A stretch of 64,000 nucleotides of DNA. It comes from Octopus vulgaris. Lineage: Eukaryota. The position numbers were made by a program, and so were the translations under genes. The stretch spans positions 9,920,001 through 9,984,000 of the forward strand of contig OX597824.1 of the NCBI GenBank assembly GCA_951406725.2, given 5' to 3'. The notes under the pieces were generated by a model. That model ran no database searches, was not told the DNA's origin, and was given only the letters and a program-made list of their open reading frames with translations. Positions within the stretch are counted from its first letter, which is position 1, and every line of letters begins with the position of its first letter. Positions 62,958 through 64,000 of this stretch are shown here, piece by piece.

Positions 62958-64000
62958 CACACACATACATATATATACACAATGAGTTTCCGTGTACCAA
63001 ATCTACCCATAAGGTTTTGGTCAACCTGGGGCTACATCATAGAAGACGACTGTCCAAGGTGCCACACAATGGGACTGAACCCAAAACCATGACGTTGAAA
63101 AGCAAACTTCTTTCCACACGACCAAGCGCGCATGTGCATCTGTGTAAAATATAAATAATTTCGTAATTCCATGTTTGGAGACCTAGAATTACACACACAC
63201 ACACATACAAACTAATCAATGTTGAAAAATGGGAGTAGGACATGTTCGAGTTAGGAAACTAAATGCGTCGTGATATTTCAGTCGTAATCTCCATTGTTTT
63301 TTCTTCTCTTTTCTTTTCTTTTTTTTTTCAACAAGGATGGTAATTAGCCAGACTAGATTGTTGCTGTGAAGACCCAAAACAGCCCTCATTGAGCAAACAT
63401 CTAATAAAAAAAGACTTAAGTATTAACCATTAGAGATTTATATATATATATAAGGCTATATTCTACAATCCGTTTTTCTTTGTTTTTATAAGGTCGATTA
63501 TCTGTCTATGGGTATTTGGCTGTTATTTCTAGCAATCCGAGCAGCCACGTAGAAAGTTCCTTTTATGACTAAATGTTCTACATGGGTCTCTTCGTGCTGT
63601 GTCACATCCTTTCGCCATTCGATATCCCCAAAGTGATCGATAAAATAAATAACAGTAATATGTCGGGATGAACCGAATTGGCGACACCGCGCACCCTTCG
63701 CAAAAAAGAAAACGATCCCTTTTATGTCTTGAGAAGAATACTTTTTAACCACCTCCACCACTACCACCACTAAATACTGTGACTAACAATAGCAGAGAAT
63801 CTCTGAGACGGGAGTAAAAATGAAGTAATGTCTTGTATATCGTTTACCAGCTGGAAAGTTTTCAGAGATAAACGAAACCTAACATGGCTTATTTTTCCAC
63901 GTGTGTTTGTGTGTTGGAGATGAAAAAAGAAAGCTTTTGTCTGTTAAATAAAAACCATTCTACTATTGTGTTCTTCCAGTTTGCTGGGACGGCCATAAAA

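Noticed and set aside
63498-63770. 90-aa minus-strand ORF as DCAF5 exon 1
   Set aside because: No resemblance to the conserved GCVNAIEFS region and no phase-1 donor after a Ser codon.

Overview
AT-rich, repeat-dense animal genomic DNA. The repeat content (tRNA-derived SINEs, (TA)n/(CA)n microsatellites, piggyBac/mariner/Helitron/hAT MITEs) suggests a cephalopod such as Octopus; this is inference only. The one clearly supported protein-coding gene is a minus-strand DCAF5/WDR22 orthologue (WD40 substrate receptor of the CRL4-DDB1 ligase). Eight coding exons between 43002 and 19531 were reconstructed with GT-AG sites and consistent phases (2822 nt, about 940 codons). The first coding exon was not found and probably lies beyond 64000. 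The last exon encodes a long Asn/Ser-homopolymer tail. The most notable non-genic signal is a set of short, mostly palindromic insertions in the DCAF5 introns (two with clear target-site duplications) carrying minimal type I hammerhead-ribozyme motifs of the Penelope-like/retrozyme kind. One has a compensatory G3-C8 catalytic core (37239-37288). Another fuses a tRNA-type Pol III promoter to a hammerhead (45062-45580). A 4.3-kb foldback-like compound satellite lies at 10448-14738. All coordinates were read by eye, so repeat boundaries are approximate.
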